This document shows positions 9,556 through 18,986 of a stretch of DNA of 64,000 nt, one piece after another (position 1 is the first letter of the stretch; each line of letters starts with the position of its first letter). The position numbers were made by a program, and so were the translations under genes. The notes beneath the pieces were generated by a model. The model was not told the origin of the DNA, ran no database searches, and saw only the letters and a list, made by a program, of their open reading frames with translations. This stretch comes from Desulfatiglandales bacterium (GTDB lineage: Bacteria > Desulfobacterota > DSM-4660 > Desulfatiglandales > HGW-15), in the NCBI GenBank assembly GCA_049366815.1, contig JBMNCO010000132.1, positions 8,891 to 72,890 of the forward strand, read 5' to 3'.

Positions 9556-10011
9556 CTAAAGCTCGGACGTGCAATGAGGACAGCGGGTGGCCTTAACCGC
9601 TATGGTTGACATGCAGTGCGGACATTCCTTGGTGGTCACCTCTTTGGGTTTTTCCTCTTCCTGACGCCGGAGTGTGTTAAGCCCCTTGATAAGCATAAAC
9701 ACAGCAAAAGCGACGATTACAAAGCTGATAACGACATTCAAGAAAACGCCGTAATTGATCGTGACGGCTCCGGCGGCCTTGGCATCCGCCAAGGCCGCAT
9801 AGGGAGGAGCAGCATTGGCGCCGGCCTTGAGCACGGCAAAAAGATTTGAAAAGTCGACCCCGCCCAGAAGCAGGCCGATCGGCGGCATCAGGACGTCGTC
9901 CACAAGGCTTTTTACGATGGTCCCGAATGCGCCACCGATTATGATGCCGACGGCCATATCGACGACGTTTCCCCGCAGTGCAAACTCCTTGAATTCCTTC
10001 ATAATCGCCAT
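9556..10011 (-). CDS. mscL: Large-conductance mechanosensitive channel with C-terminal zinc-ribbon extension
   Basis: MscL signature N-terminus ([25 protein letters not shown]). The C-terminal tail is [20 protein letters not shown] (CxxC-x11-CxxC). Confidence 0.9.
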   Translation of the reverse strand: MAIMKEFKEFALRGNVVDMAVGIIIGGAFGTIVKSLVDDVLMPPIGLLLGGVDFSNLFAVLKAGANAAPPYAALADAKAAGAVTINYGVFLNVVISFVIVAFAVFMLIKGLNTLRRQEEEKPKEVTTKECPHCMSTIAVKATRCPHCTSEL

Positions 10012-10097
10012 TTCAGCCTCCTGTTCTCGTCTATGGGTTCATGTTTCATCATCGAACATACGCATGGAGTGTACAAAACCGTCCTCATTATGATAGG

Positions 10098-10205
10098 TTC
10101 GAAAGGAAATCATGCACCCTTTCTTACGTTCCAAAGCTCCCGGACTGGTCACTTCAGAAAGGGAGCCTGATTTCCTCACAGTTATTGGAAAGGGCTAAAT
10201 TCATA
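10098..10205. repeat. Intergenic palindromic repeat family B, copy 1
   Basis: The core GGAAATCATGCACCCTTTCTTACGTTCCAAAGCTCCCGGACTGGTCACTTCAGAAAGGG..TGATTTCC is shared with 25261..25500. The 29-nt right arm is the exact reverse complement of the left arm of copy 2. Confidence 0.85.
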
Positions 10206-10358
10206 CGAATTGCTCAGCTTTAGAATTTATATAATATTTCAAGGTTGGCTTGAATCCCAAGAAAATTATCTTATTTTAAAAAAGTTTTTGTGGGAGTTAT
10301 TTTGCCTTGACATCTATGGCGGGGAATAATTTTTTAACAGGAATCGGGTTGTTGCTCC

Positions 10359-10823
10359 ATGAGTCATTGTAAATTCTGCGATATGATAGATAACAATGCA
10401 TATGACATCATTTACAGTGATCGTTTGTATGCCGCTTCTCTGGACAATTGTCCCAAAAACGTCGGACATTTTCTGATATTCACCAGAAGACACATCAAAA
10501 GTGTTTTTGATTTGACAGATGAAGAAATGCTTGAAGGCAGAAAGGTCCTGGACAGCGTGCTGAAGGATTTTCCGAATATCGACTTCATAGGAAGGTACAG
10601 GCATTTTATTTCTCTGGCGCCGGCCTCAGACAAAAAGGTTATTGAACGATGCCATAATGCCGTCGAATTTATTGAGCGGGAGTCAAAGCTTGAGCCCTCA
10701 GGGTTTTCTTACGGCGTCAATGAAGGTATGGATTCAGGAAAAGAACACGACCACTTGCATATGCATGTGGTTCCCGCCTATACCAACAGCACGAATAGAC
10801 GCGGCTTCAGGTTTTTGTTTTGA
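10359..10823 (+). CDS. HIT-family (histidine triad) nucleotide hydrolase/transferase
   Basis: Histidine triad HDHLHMHVVP near the C-terminus and an N-terminal CKFC. The gene and its flanks are visibly more AT-rich than their surroundings. Confidence 0.8.
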   Translation: MSHCKFCDMIDNNAYDIIYSDRLYAASLDNCPKNVGHFLIFTRRHIKSVFDLTDEEMLEGRKVLDSVLKDFPNIDFIGRYRHFISLAPASDKKVIERCHNAVEFIERESKLEPSGFSYGVNEGMDSGKEHDHLHMHVVPAYTNSTNRRGFRFLF

Positions 10824-11187
10824 GTCCGTCCCTGGACCGAATCCCACCCTTAGACCTGCGCCGGCACAGCCCGGCCATCGGCCCCGACTTCCGCACTTTC
10901 CATTGATTCAGCCGACAGAACAGGCTGTTTGTCGGTGATGATGCAGCCTTACTTTATTTCGTTTTTCCGGAAGGGCTGGACCACAACATGAGGCATGATA
11001 TTTTGTCTTGACACACCATACCAATATTGCTAGAGCTTGTCTTGCATTGAAAATGCAGGTTTTATCACAGGCCAAGCGTACATCTTCTTGTATATCTGTT
11101 ATCCCTTGACGAGTTCAACAGGTTTTCAAAAATACGGTTCAAGCGTGCTAAAATTTCACCAAATTTCTCAAGTCTGAGAGAGGGAAA

Positions 11188-13557
11188 ATGAAACCTTTTA
11201 GTCATAAGAACGCCAAGACTGTCAAAGAAGCAGTCAAACTGCAGGGCAAAGGCAAGACCAAACTGATTGCCGGCGGGACCGACCTCCTCGGGATATTAAA
11301 GGATAAGATCCTCCCTGAGTATCCGGAGACCGTAATCAATATCAAGACCATCCCAAACCTGGACTACATCAAAGAGGATGCCAGAGGACTCAAGATCGGG
11401 GCCCTGACGAAGCTGGAGGATATCGCGGCCTCCCCCATAGTCAAGGATAAGTATAAGATACTCGCTGAGGCGGCTGATTCAGTAGCGACTCCCCACATCC
11501 GCACCATGGGCACTCTGGGCGGCAACCTTTGCCAGGATGTGCGTTGCTGGTACTACCGATACCCGGACCAGATAGGTGGACGCATCGACTGCTATCTGAA
11601 AGGTGGCAAGGAGTGTTATGCGCTGACCAGGGAGAACCAGTATCACTCGATATTCGGAGGGATGAGGTTTGTCGCTCCACCCTGCCGGTCAGCCTGCCCC
11701 AGTCATGTCAATATACCCGCCTACCTGAATGCCATAGGAGAGGATGACCTCCTTGAAGCAGCCAGGGAGCTACTGAACAACAACCCGCTCCCGGCCATAA
11801 CCGGCCGGGTATGCCCGCATTTTTGTGAACAGTCGTGCAACCGCGGTCATTTCGATGAGTCCCTGTCAATCAGGGATATCGAGCGATTCATCGGAGACTA
11901 TATCCTGGATAAGGGCGATGAAGTCATTGAAAAACCCAGGGAAAGCACGCGCAAGAAGGTGGCGATAATCGGCTCCGGCCCGGCGGGCCTTGCCGCAGCT
12001 TACTACCTCAGGTTATCGGGGCATCGCGTTACTGTCTTCGACCGGATGGAAGAGGCCGGAGGATTACTGAGATATGTCATTCCATCTTACAGGCTCCCGA
12101 AAGATATTGTGAGACGCACGATACAACTGCTCGAGAATATGGGGATTGAATTCAAACTCAAAGTGGATATCGGTCAGGATGTCACCGTCGATAATCTCAG
12201 GAAAGAGTATAACGCCGTCTTTATCGGCACCGGCGCCTGGAATCCCGTATCCATCGGTCTGGACGGCGAAGAAAAAACCGTATTCGGGCTGGATTTTCTG
12301 GCTGATATTCAAAAGGGGATCAAAAAGCCCCTCGGTAAGAAGGTCCTGGTCATTGGAGGAGGCAATGCAGCCATTGATGTAGCCGTCAGTTCGTTGCGCC
12401 TGGGCGCTCAAGAGGCCACGATGGCATGTCTGGAAAAGAAAGAAGAGATGCCGGCACTCCCATGGGAAATTGAGCAGGCCGAAGAAGAGAATATCAGGCT
12501 CATGCCATCCTGGGGCCCTCACAAGATACTCAAAACCAAGGGAAAAGTAGTCGGGATGGAACTCATCCGCTGCACCTCGGTCTATGACTCCCTGGGGCGC
12601 TTTGCCCCGACCTACGATGAGCGTGTCAAGACTACTGTTGAGGCGGACGCCATCCTTATGGCGGTCGGTTATGCGACAGACCTGAAATTTGCGGAAGGAA
12701 TCGTCAACATAAACCGCGGTCTGATCGTAGCTGACCACGAAACCCAGGCAACCAACTTGCGCGGCGTCTTTGCCGGTGGTGCGGTGGCACGCGGTCCTGC
12801 AACGGTCATAGAAGCAATCGCCGACGGGAAGAGGGCTGCATTCGCCATGGACGCATATCTGAAGAAGGTCGGAAGGGAAAAGGAGAATGCCGCCGCGACT
12901 CTATTGAAATTTAATTCCGAATATTACAAAAAATCAGATAAACTGAAGGCATCCAGAATCGCATTAAATAGACGCACAATAGACATTGAAGACACTCCCG
13001 GTTTTGGTCTGAACCAGATCGAGACCGAAGCAAACAGGTGTTTCAACTGTGGTTGCGTGTCCGTTAATGCTTCTGATACCGGGGTAGCCCTTGAGGCTCT
13101 CAATGCCAGGGTGAAGATTGTCGGCGCAAAGGGGACCAGGACTATACCCGTTACTGAATTCTTCGGCTCCTTACCCAATGTGCTCGAAGAAGGGGACATT
13201 GTTACAGAAATTCAGGTCCCTGCACCACGCGACGGGGCCAGGCAGACATTCCTCAAATTCCGTTTGCGTGATGCGATAGATTTTGCCCTGGTGAGTGTTG
13301 CATCTGTGGTTTCTCTGGACAATGGTATCTGTCAGGACGCACGTATCGTGTTGGGTGCAGTCGCCCCGCGTCCGTTAAGGGCCTTTGCAGCGGAAAAAGC
13401 GTTAGTCGGGCAGGCACTCGATGATAAACAGGCCGCTGCTGCGGCGGAGGCTGCTCTTGAGGACGCGCTGCCGCTGGAGAAGAACAGCTATAAGATTCCC
13501 ATTGCCAGGGAAATGGTCCAGCGTGCTGTTGCAAATCTTGAAAATTCCGGGAAATGA
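11188..13557 (+). CDS. Molybdenum-hydroxylase FAD-binding subunit (CoxM/XdhB/HcrB type) with inserted GltD-like FeS/FAD/NAD(P)H oxidoreductase module
   Basis: The N-terminus (KLIAGGTDLLGILKD, GTLGGNLCQ) and residues from about 620 to the end (VALEALNARVKIVG.. plus a CO-DH flavoprotein C-terminal-like domain) form a split FAD subunit. Between them lie Cys clusters (C115,C120,C135,C143; C166,C170; C209,C213,C217) and two dinucleotide folds (VAIIGSGPAGLAAAYYL; VLVIGGGNAAIDVA), as in the glutamate synthase small subunit. Confidence 0.85.
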   Translation: MKPFSHKNAKTVKEAVKLQGKGKTKLIAGGTDLLGILKDKILPEYPETVINIKTIPNLDYIKEDARGLKIGALTKLEDIAASPIVKDKYKILAEAADSVATPHIRTMGTLGGNLCQDVRCWYYRYPDQIGGRIDCYLKGGKECYALTRENQYHSIFGGMRFVAPPCRSACPSHVNIPAYLNAIGEDDLLEAARELLNNNPLPAITGRVCPHFCEQSCNRGHFDESLSIRDIERFIGDYILDKGDEVIEKPRESTRKKVAIIGSGPAGLAAAYYLRLSGHRVTVFDRMEEAGGLLRYVIPSYRLPKDIVRRTIQLLENMGIEFKLKVDIGQDVTVDNLRKEYNAVFIGTGAWNPVSIGLDGEEKTVFGLDFLADIQKGIKKPLGKKVLVIGGGNAAIDVAVSSLRLGAQEATMACLEKKEEMPALPWEIEQAEEENIRLMPSWGPHKILKTKGKVVGMELIRCTSVYDSLGRFAPTYDERVKTTVEADAILMAVGYATDLKFAEGIVNINRGLIVADHETQATNLRGVFAGGAVARGPATVIEAIADGKRAAFAMDAYLKKVGREKENAAATLLKFNSEYYKKSDKLKASRIALNRRTIDIEDTPGFGLNQIETEANRCFNCGCVSVNASDTGVALEALNARVKIVGAKGTRTIPVTEFFGSLPNVLEEGDIVTEIQVPAPRDGARQTFLKFRLRDAIDFALVSVASVVSLDNGICQDARIVLGAVAPRPLRAFAAEKALVGQALDDKQAAAAAEAALEDALPLEKNSYKIPIAREMVQRAVANLENSGK

Positions 13558-13564
13558 GGTCATT

Positions 13565-14065
13565 ATGACTGACAAGAAAACAATAAATCTGGTAGTCAAC
13601 GGTAAGCCCTATGAACTGATGATCGGAAAAGACATCATCCCATCGGACACGTTGGCAGAGACACTGCGAAATCATCTGGGTCTGCTCGGTACAAAGATTT
13701 CTTGCGACCGGGGAGCCTGCGGCTCCTGCACCGTAATCCTTGACGGCAAGGCCGTCCTGTCATGCACGACACTGACCGTGGAGTGCGACGGTGCGAGCGT
13801 GACGACCATCGAAGGTCTGGAAGACCCCAAAACAGGTCAGTTGGACCCGATTCAACAGGCCTTTATTGATCACACCGCCTTTCAGTGCGGTTTTTGCACC
13901 CCCGGCATCATCATGACAGTCAAAGACTTGTTAAACAAAAATCCCAAACCTACGGAGGGTGAAATCAAGAACGCCCTTTCCGGCAATTTCTGCCGCTGTA
14001 TTTCACATTATGAAGTCTTAGAAACCGTCACTGCTGTAATCGAAGGTGGGAAGCATGGCAAATAA
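13565..14065 (+). CDS. Molybdenum-hydroxylase small subunit, 2x[2Fe-2S]
   Basis: Plant-type motif CDRGACGSCTV plus the second cluster motif CGFCTPG..CRC. ATG 13565 lies 8 nt after the upstream stop; the track start at 13421 overlaps the previous gene and is rejected. Confidence 0.9.
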   Translation: MTDKKTINLVVNGKPYELMIGKDIIPSDTLAETLRNHLGLLGTKISCDRGACGSCTVILDGKAVLSCTTLTVECDGASVTTIEGLEDPKTGQLDPIQQAFIDHTAFQCGFCTPGIIMTVKDLLNKNPKPTEGEIKNALSGNFCRCISHYEVLETVTAVIEGGKHGK

Positions 14066-16304
14066 TTACCGTTACATTGGAAAAGATACACCACGTAAAG
14101 ACGCGAGAGATATCGTCACGGGAAAAGCGCAATACCTGGATGACGTACGCCTGCCGAATATGCTGATCGGTAGAGTGTGCAGGAGCCCCATCCCCCATGC
14201 CAACATTATAAGTATAGATGTCGACCGGGCTGCAGCCCTACCCGGTGTCCACGCGGTGCTGACACATAAAGATGTAACAGATGCTATCTGGGGCATCCCC
14301 AATCACATGAAGCTCCTGGACAAAAAGGTCCGTTTTGTCGGTGATGCCGTTGCGCTGGTGGCCGCGGACACCGCCGAGATAGCTGATAAAGCAATTGAAC
14401 TCATCCAGGTGGAATACGAGCCGCTGGCAGCCTGCTACGACGTCGAAGATGCCATCAACCCGAGCCAGCCGCCGCTCTATGACCAGTACCCGAATAACAC
14501 GATTCCCCAGATTTCCAAGCTGTTGCAAAATGTGATCAAGGGAGATGTGGATAAAGGCTTTGCGGAGGCTGATGAAGTCATCGAGGGCACGGGATTCTAT
14601 GAGTGTTTTCCCAATCCACTGCCCCCGGAACCGCCCGGCGTCGTTGCATACTGGGAAAATCCGGATAAACTGGTAGCCTACGTGGCGACTCAATCACTCG
14701 GTCTGAACAAATACCTGGCGCAACCTTTCTTTGGTATGGCGGAAACGCAATTTATCGCCACACAGTGCGGAGGAAGCTATGGGACGAAAAATGCCAACCT
14801 GACACCAATCGGTTATGCAGCCGAACTATCGAAGGCAACCAGACGACCGGTCAAGATCTATTACACAAAAGAGGAGCACCTGGCCGCCTACTCATTGCGC
14901 ATTTCATGCCGCATTAATGCCCGTGTCGGTATCAAAAAGGACGGTACGGTCACGGCCGTAACCGGAGACTGGGTGGTCAACACCGGCGCGGGTTCGGAGG
15001 CGGGACCACATGAGATTGCCGTGGGCTGCGGTGAGCTTCAACTGGTCCTGCGTTGTCCGAACTGGGACCTTCGCTCAAGGCTGGTCCTCACCAACCGGGC
15101 GCCCACGGGCATTGTCCGGGGTTACGGCGGACAGGAACTGGAAAGCTCCATTCTGCCCATCCTGGGCATGGCCATGGAAAAGGTCGGCGTTAACCCGGTG
15201 GACTTCTTCAAAAAGAACTTTGTCAGGGCAGGCGATCAATACTTCTGGCGCAACGGTAAGAAGTACGTCTACCGAGGTGTGGACTTTTCTCCAGCCATTG
15301 ATAACGGCGCAGCAAAATTTGGTTGGAAAGAAAAATGGAAGGGATGGGGGAAACCCACCTCCGTCGATGGGAACAAACGACGGGGTGTGGGGCTGGGCAT
15401 CCACTGTAATGCGGATGTCGGTGAAGACGATTCGGAGGCATGGGTAAAACTGACCCCGGACGGCCGCGCTCTTGTTTTGGCCGCGGTTTCAGAGGCCGGG
15501 CAAGGTCAGCGCAGCAGCTTGGTAAAGATGGCTGCTGAGGTGCTTCAGCTCCCCTTGGACCGTGTCACCATGAGTTTTCCGGATACAGACGGGAATCCGT
15601 TCGATTTCGCCCTGGTAGGTTCACGGGGGACCTTTACCACAGGTTCCGCTGTGATACAGGCCGCCGAGGATGCCCGGCGTCAGCTCCTGGAAATGGCGGC
15701 ATCGGTGATGAACCTCAAACCTGAAGAACTCGATACGGAAGACGGGTACGTATTCGAGATCAAAAATCCCAAGAACAGGTTGCTCTGGCGTAAAGCAACC
15801 GGCCTGACGAGCACTATCCTGGGCAAGGGGAGGTTCGAGGAGGATTTCACGTTAAGTAATTTTCTTATGACATTCGTTGAGGTCGAAGTCGATACGGTCA
15901 CAGGGAAAATTACACTCGTGAAGGTCCTCAACAGCGCTGGATGCGGTCAGGTCATCTCTCCCGCCGTCCTGCAAGGTCAGTTGCACGGCGCCCTGGGGTC
16001 TGCGGGTCTGGACACAGCCATATTCGAAGGCGGTGTGCTGGACCCCAGCATCGGACGCATGGTCAATTCCAACATGATTGACTATAAATGGCGGACTTTC
16101 AATGACCTGCCTCTTTTTGACAACATGACCATGGATACACCTATGCCCACCCACCGTTTCCATGCGGTCGGTGTCGGCGAGATATCCACATCGCCCGGCC
16201 CCAGCGCCGTACTTATGGCTGTTTACAATGCCATCGGCACAAGGATCATGGACTATCCATTTACTCCGGATAAGGTGTTGAAAGCGCTGGGCAAGATTGA
16301 GTAG
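14055..16304 (+). CDS. Molybdenum-hydroxylase large subunit (xanthine dehydrogenase/aldehyde oxidase family, molybdopterin-binding)
   Basis: N-terminal IGKDTPRKDARDIVTGKAQYLDD (a/b-hammerhead) and full-length similarity to CoxL/XdhA/HcrA-type proteins. The start overlaps the small-subunit stop. The substrate cannot be assigned from sequence. Confidence 0.9.
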   Translation: MANNYRYIGKDTPRKDARDIVTGKAQYLDDVRLPNMLIGRVCRSPIPHANIISIDVDRAAALPGVHAVLTHKDVTDAIWGIPNHMKLLDKKVRFVGDAVALVAADTAEIADKAIELIQVEYEPLAACYDVEDAINPSQPPLYDQYPNNTIPQISKLLQNVIKGDVDKGFAEADEVIEGTGFYECFPNPLPPEPPGVVAYWENPDKLVAYVATQSLGLNKYLAQPFFGMAETQFIATQCGGSYGTKNANLTPIGYAAELSKATRRPVKIYYTKEEHLAAYSLRISCRINARVGIKKDGTVTAVTGDWVVNTGAGSEAGPHEIAVGCGELQLVLRCPNWDLRSRLVLTNRAPTGIVRGYGGQELESSILPILGMAMEKVGVNPVDFFKKNFVRAGDQYFWRNGKKYVYRGVDFSPAIDNGAAKFGWKEKWKGWGKPTSVDGNKRRGVGLGIHCNADVGEDDSEAWVKLTPDGRALVLAAVSEAGQGQRSSLVKMAAEVLQLPLDRVTMSFPDTDGNPFDFALVGSRGTFTTGSAVIQAAEDARRQLLEMAASVMNLKPEELDTEDGYVFEIKNPKNRLLWRKATGLTSTILGKGRFEEDFTLSNFLMTFVEVEVDTVTGKITLVKVLNSAGCGQVISPAVLQGQLHGALGSAGLDTAIFEGGVLDPSIGRMVNSNMIDYKWRTFNDLPLFDNMTMDTPMPTHRFHAVGVGEISTSPGPSAVLMAVYNAIGTRIMDYPFTPDKVLKALGKIE

Positions 16305-16462
16305 CCATGCATCATGGGACGGGAAGTGACCGGAATCCGGCGACGGCGCTATTGGAGACTGATCCTCATGAGGGTTAACGCGTATCGCTGATTTTTCTTC
16401 CTCCAACCCTTTTCCGGACCGCAGTAAATGGATGCGTGGGAATCCCTTTTTTTCAAAGATTG

Positions 16463-16490
16463 AAAGACCCCCTTTGATTCGGGGGTCTTT
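16463..16490. terminator. Hairpin between convergent genes (probable bidirectional terminator)
   Basis: Perfect 10-bp stem AAAGACCCCC/GGGGGTCTTT with an 8-nt loop. It has T and A runs on either side and lies between the + strand Mo-subunit stop (16304) and the - strand thiolase stop (16503). Confidence 0.6.
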
Positions 16491-16502
16491 GGTCGGAATA
16501 CG

Positions 16503-17708
16503 CTACAATTCCCTTGTCCAGAGGGACGCCATGGCCGGTCCTCCCCCGACGCAGAGGGAAGCCCCCCCGACACCCAGACCGAGCCGCTCCATTTCATAGT
16601 ACAGGCTGACGATGAGTCGAAGTCCCGTGCAGCCCACGGGATGACCCAGGGAGATTCCGGAACCGTTGTGATTGAAGTCCTCCATGTCCAGATTCATCCC
16701 GAAATCCTGTTTCAGCATTTTTTGCACCCCAATGACCTGCACGCCGAAGGCCTCGTTGATCTCCCAATAATCGACATCCTCAAAGGCCATCCCCGCCTGA
16801 TCGAGGCATTTGGGAATGGCCACCGCCGGTCCCAGCCCCATCATTTCAGGGGCCACCCCTGCGGTACAAACACCGATCAGCCTCAGCAACGGTTTCAACC
16901 CCAATTCATCGGCCTTCTTTCCGGACATCATGACCGCGGCCGCAGCGCCGTCGCTGATCCCCGCACCGTTTGCAATGGTCACCACGCCCTTTTCCTGGAA
17001 CGGCGTCCTCAAGGCCCCGAATTTTTCGAGACCGGCCTCCCTGTCCACATGTTCATCCGTTTCAAAGGGGACGACCCCTTTTCGGGTCTTGACCTCAACG
17101 GGAACGATCTCCCGCCGGAATCGACCCTCATCTATGGCCCGCCCCGCCCTCATGTGGCTCAAGACGGCATATTCATCGCATTCCCGGCGTCCTATCCCAT
17201 ATTTGACGGCAAGCTTTTCGGCGGTCACCCCCATGTGACCGGGGACCAACTCATCCACAAAACCGTCGTAGAGCATGTGGTCTTCAATTTTGCCGGGTCC
17301 CATCCTGTATCCCATCCTTCCTTTAGGAAGGAGATAAGGTGCGTTGGTCATGCTTTCGACGGCTGCAACCAGGGCGATGTCCGTCTTCCCCAGCATGATA
17401 TTATGGGCGGCGATCTCCATGGCCCGCATCCCGGAAGCGCAATTCTGGTTGACCGTGACCGCCCCGCTTCGTTCGGAAAGCCCGATTCTGATCCCTACCT
17501 GGCGGGCGGGCAGGGAACCCTGGAGCGCCGTGAAGATCTGTCCCATACATATCTCATCGATCATAGGGGCATCAATGCCTGCCCTTCTGACGGCCTCCGT
17601 CCCGACCGCCACGGCCAGTTCCCTTGCCGAAACCGTTCGGAGACTTCCCATGAAGTCCCCGATGGCCGTCCGGCAGGCACTCACGATGACGACTTCCTGA
17701 ATTTCCAT
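16503..17708 (-). CDS. Acetyl-CoA C-acetyltransferase (thiolase)
   Basis: Thiolase family along its whole length: VIVSACRTAIG, the active-site Cys region NQNCASG, and the C-terminal GGASLCVGGG. Confidence 0.9.
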   Translation of the reverse strand: MEIQEVVIVSACRTAIGDFMGSLRTVSARELAVAVGTEAVRRAGIDAPMIDEICMGQIFTALQGSLPARQVGIRIGLSERSGAVTVNQNCASGMRAMEIAAHNIMLGKTDIALVAAVESMTNAPYLLPKGRMGYRMGPGKIEDHMLYDGFVDELVPGHMGVTAEKLAVKYGIGRRECDEYAVLSHMRAGRAIDEGRFRREIVPVEVKTRKGVVPFETDEHVDREAGLEKFGALRTPFQEKGVVTIANGAGISDGAAAAVMMSGKKADELGLKPLLRLIGVCTAGVAPEMMGLGPAVAIPKCLDQAGMAFEDVDYWEINEAFGVQVIGVQKMLKQDFGMNLDMEDFNHNGSGISLGHPVGCTGLRLIVSLYYEMERLGLGVGGASLCVGGGPAMASLWTREL

Positions 17709-18002
17709 GAATCATCTCCCTCCTTCGTCCTGCGACAATAGTGCATCCGTCCAATCTCAACAATCAGCATTCTCTTGGTATCCCGGGCATCGCAACCACG
17801 GAATCATCCCCTTCGGCTCTTGTAGGTCAAACGCCGTCAGGAGGAATACCACAATATTGGATCAGATTCAATTTGGAGATCATGGTTTCGGCATCAGAAT
17901 AAAGAAAGCGTTTTAAAACTTTATAATACAGTAAATATAGTATCTTATAAAGATCCTTGAAATGATTGCTTCAAATCTAATGACCACCCATCTTGATGTG
18001 GT

Positions 18003-18986
18003 TCAACACTCCCGACTTTGCTCCATGGCACTCATCAGGGCATAGACGTGCCGGGTGAGCGGCATGGAGACATTCTTTACCTGAGCCTCCCTCAGTGCGA
18101 AACCAAAGATGGACTCCCGCTCGGTGGGACGTCCTGAAATCAAGTCCCGCGCAAGGGAGGCCATGACCTTGGTCGCGCCCTTGGCCTTCAAGTCTTCACC
18201 CCTTGTTTGGAGGAGTCTGACGGCCTCTTCCCTCGAGGCGCGAGAAATCGTTTTGACCTCGAATCCGGGGTAGTCATCGACCTCCACGCCACTCGCCGTG
18301 GCCAGTTCAGCATATTCGCAGTACAACTGTGCGATCAAATCGGCGCTGTGCGGGTTGAGCAGGGCCTTGTAGTAAGGCAGCCCGGTGAGTCCACAAATGG
18401 CGGAACCGGCGGCGAAATTGATCCACTTGCACCAGTCCGCACTCACCACCTTCGTACTAGCCTCGGCCTTCAGCCCCCCATCGTTCATCATTTTCACGGC
18501 GGCCCTTACGCGGGGTGTGATGGATCCATCCAGTTCCCCCAGATAGGTAATGACGCTCATGGTATGCCGAATGATCATTTCATCTTCTCGCGTCGCCGCT
18601 TCAAGGCAACAACCGCCTATGACCTTGTCCCGCCCGAAGTATCTTTCCAGAATGCCTTCTTTGTCCACGCCGTTTTGTATGGAAACGATTGCCTGAATCC
18701 GGTCCCTGAGATGGGCGATTGAAGAGACCGCCTCATCGGTGTGGAAGGTCTTCACGCAAACGATGACAAAATCGATGTCTTTCAATAACCGGCTGTCGTC
18801 CACTGCGTTGAGCCTGACCTTGAAGGATTCCCCAGAATTGGTCCTGATTTCAACCGGTTCCTTGTTGAGCCTCGCGGCGGTTTCAGGTAAATCCAGCATG
18901 GTGACGCCAGCACCGCCCCGCGTCATATAGGCCCCCAGCAGGGTCCCGATGGCCCCTGCCCCGAGGATGAGTGTTTTCATGGACAA
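18003..18986 (-). CDS. Ketopantoate reductase (PanE/ApbA) family oxidoreductase
   Basis: N-terminal Rossmann ILGAGAIGTLLGAYM and ApbA-like N- and C-terminal domains. The substrate is not assignable. Confidence 0.75.
   Translation of the reverse strand: MSMKTLILGAGAIGTLLGAYMTRGGAGVTMLDLPETAARLNKEPVEIRTNSGESFKVRLNAVDDSRLLKDIDFVIVCVKTFHTDEAVSSIAHLRDRIQAIVSIQNGVDKEGILERYFGRDKVIGGCCLEAATREDEMIIRHTMSVITYLGELDGSITPRVRAAVKMMNDGGLKAEASTKVVSADWCKWINFAAGSAICGLTGLPYYKALLNPHSADLIAQLYCEYAELATASGVEVDDYPGFEVKTISRASREEAVRLLQTRGEDLKAKGATKVMASLARDLISGRPTERESIFGFALREAQVKNVSMPLTRHVYALMSAMEQSREC

Noticed and set aside
10041-10223. Short ORFs 10041..10223 and 25287..25496 that share the peptide KSCTLSYVPKLPDWS
   Set aside because: The shared peptide is simply the translation of the repeat family B core. 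The frames diverge outside the repeat, and neither ORF has an RBS.
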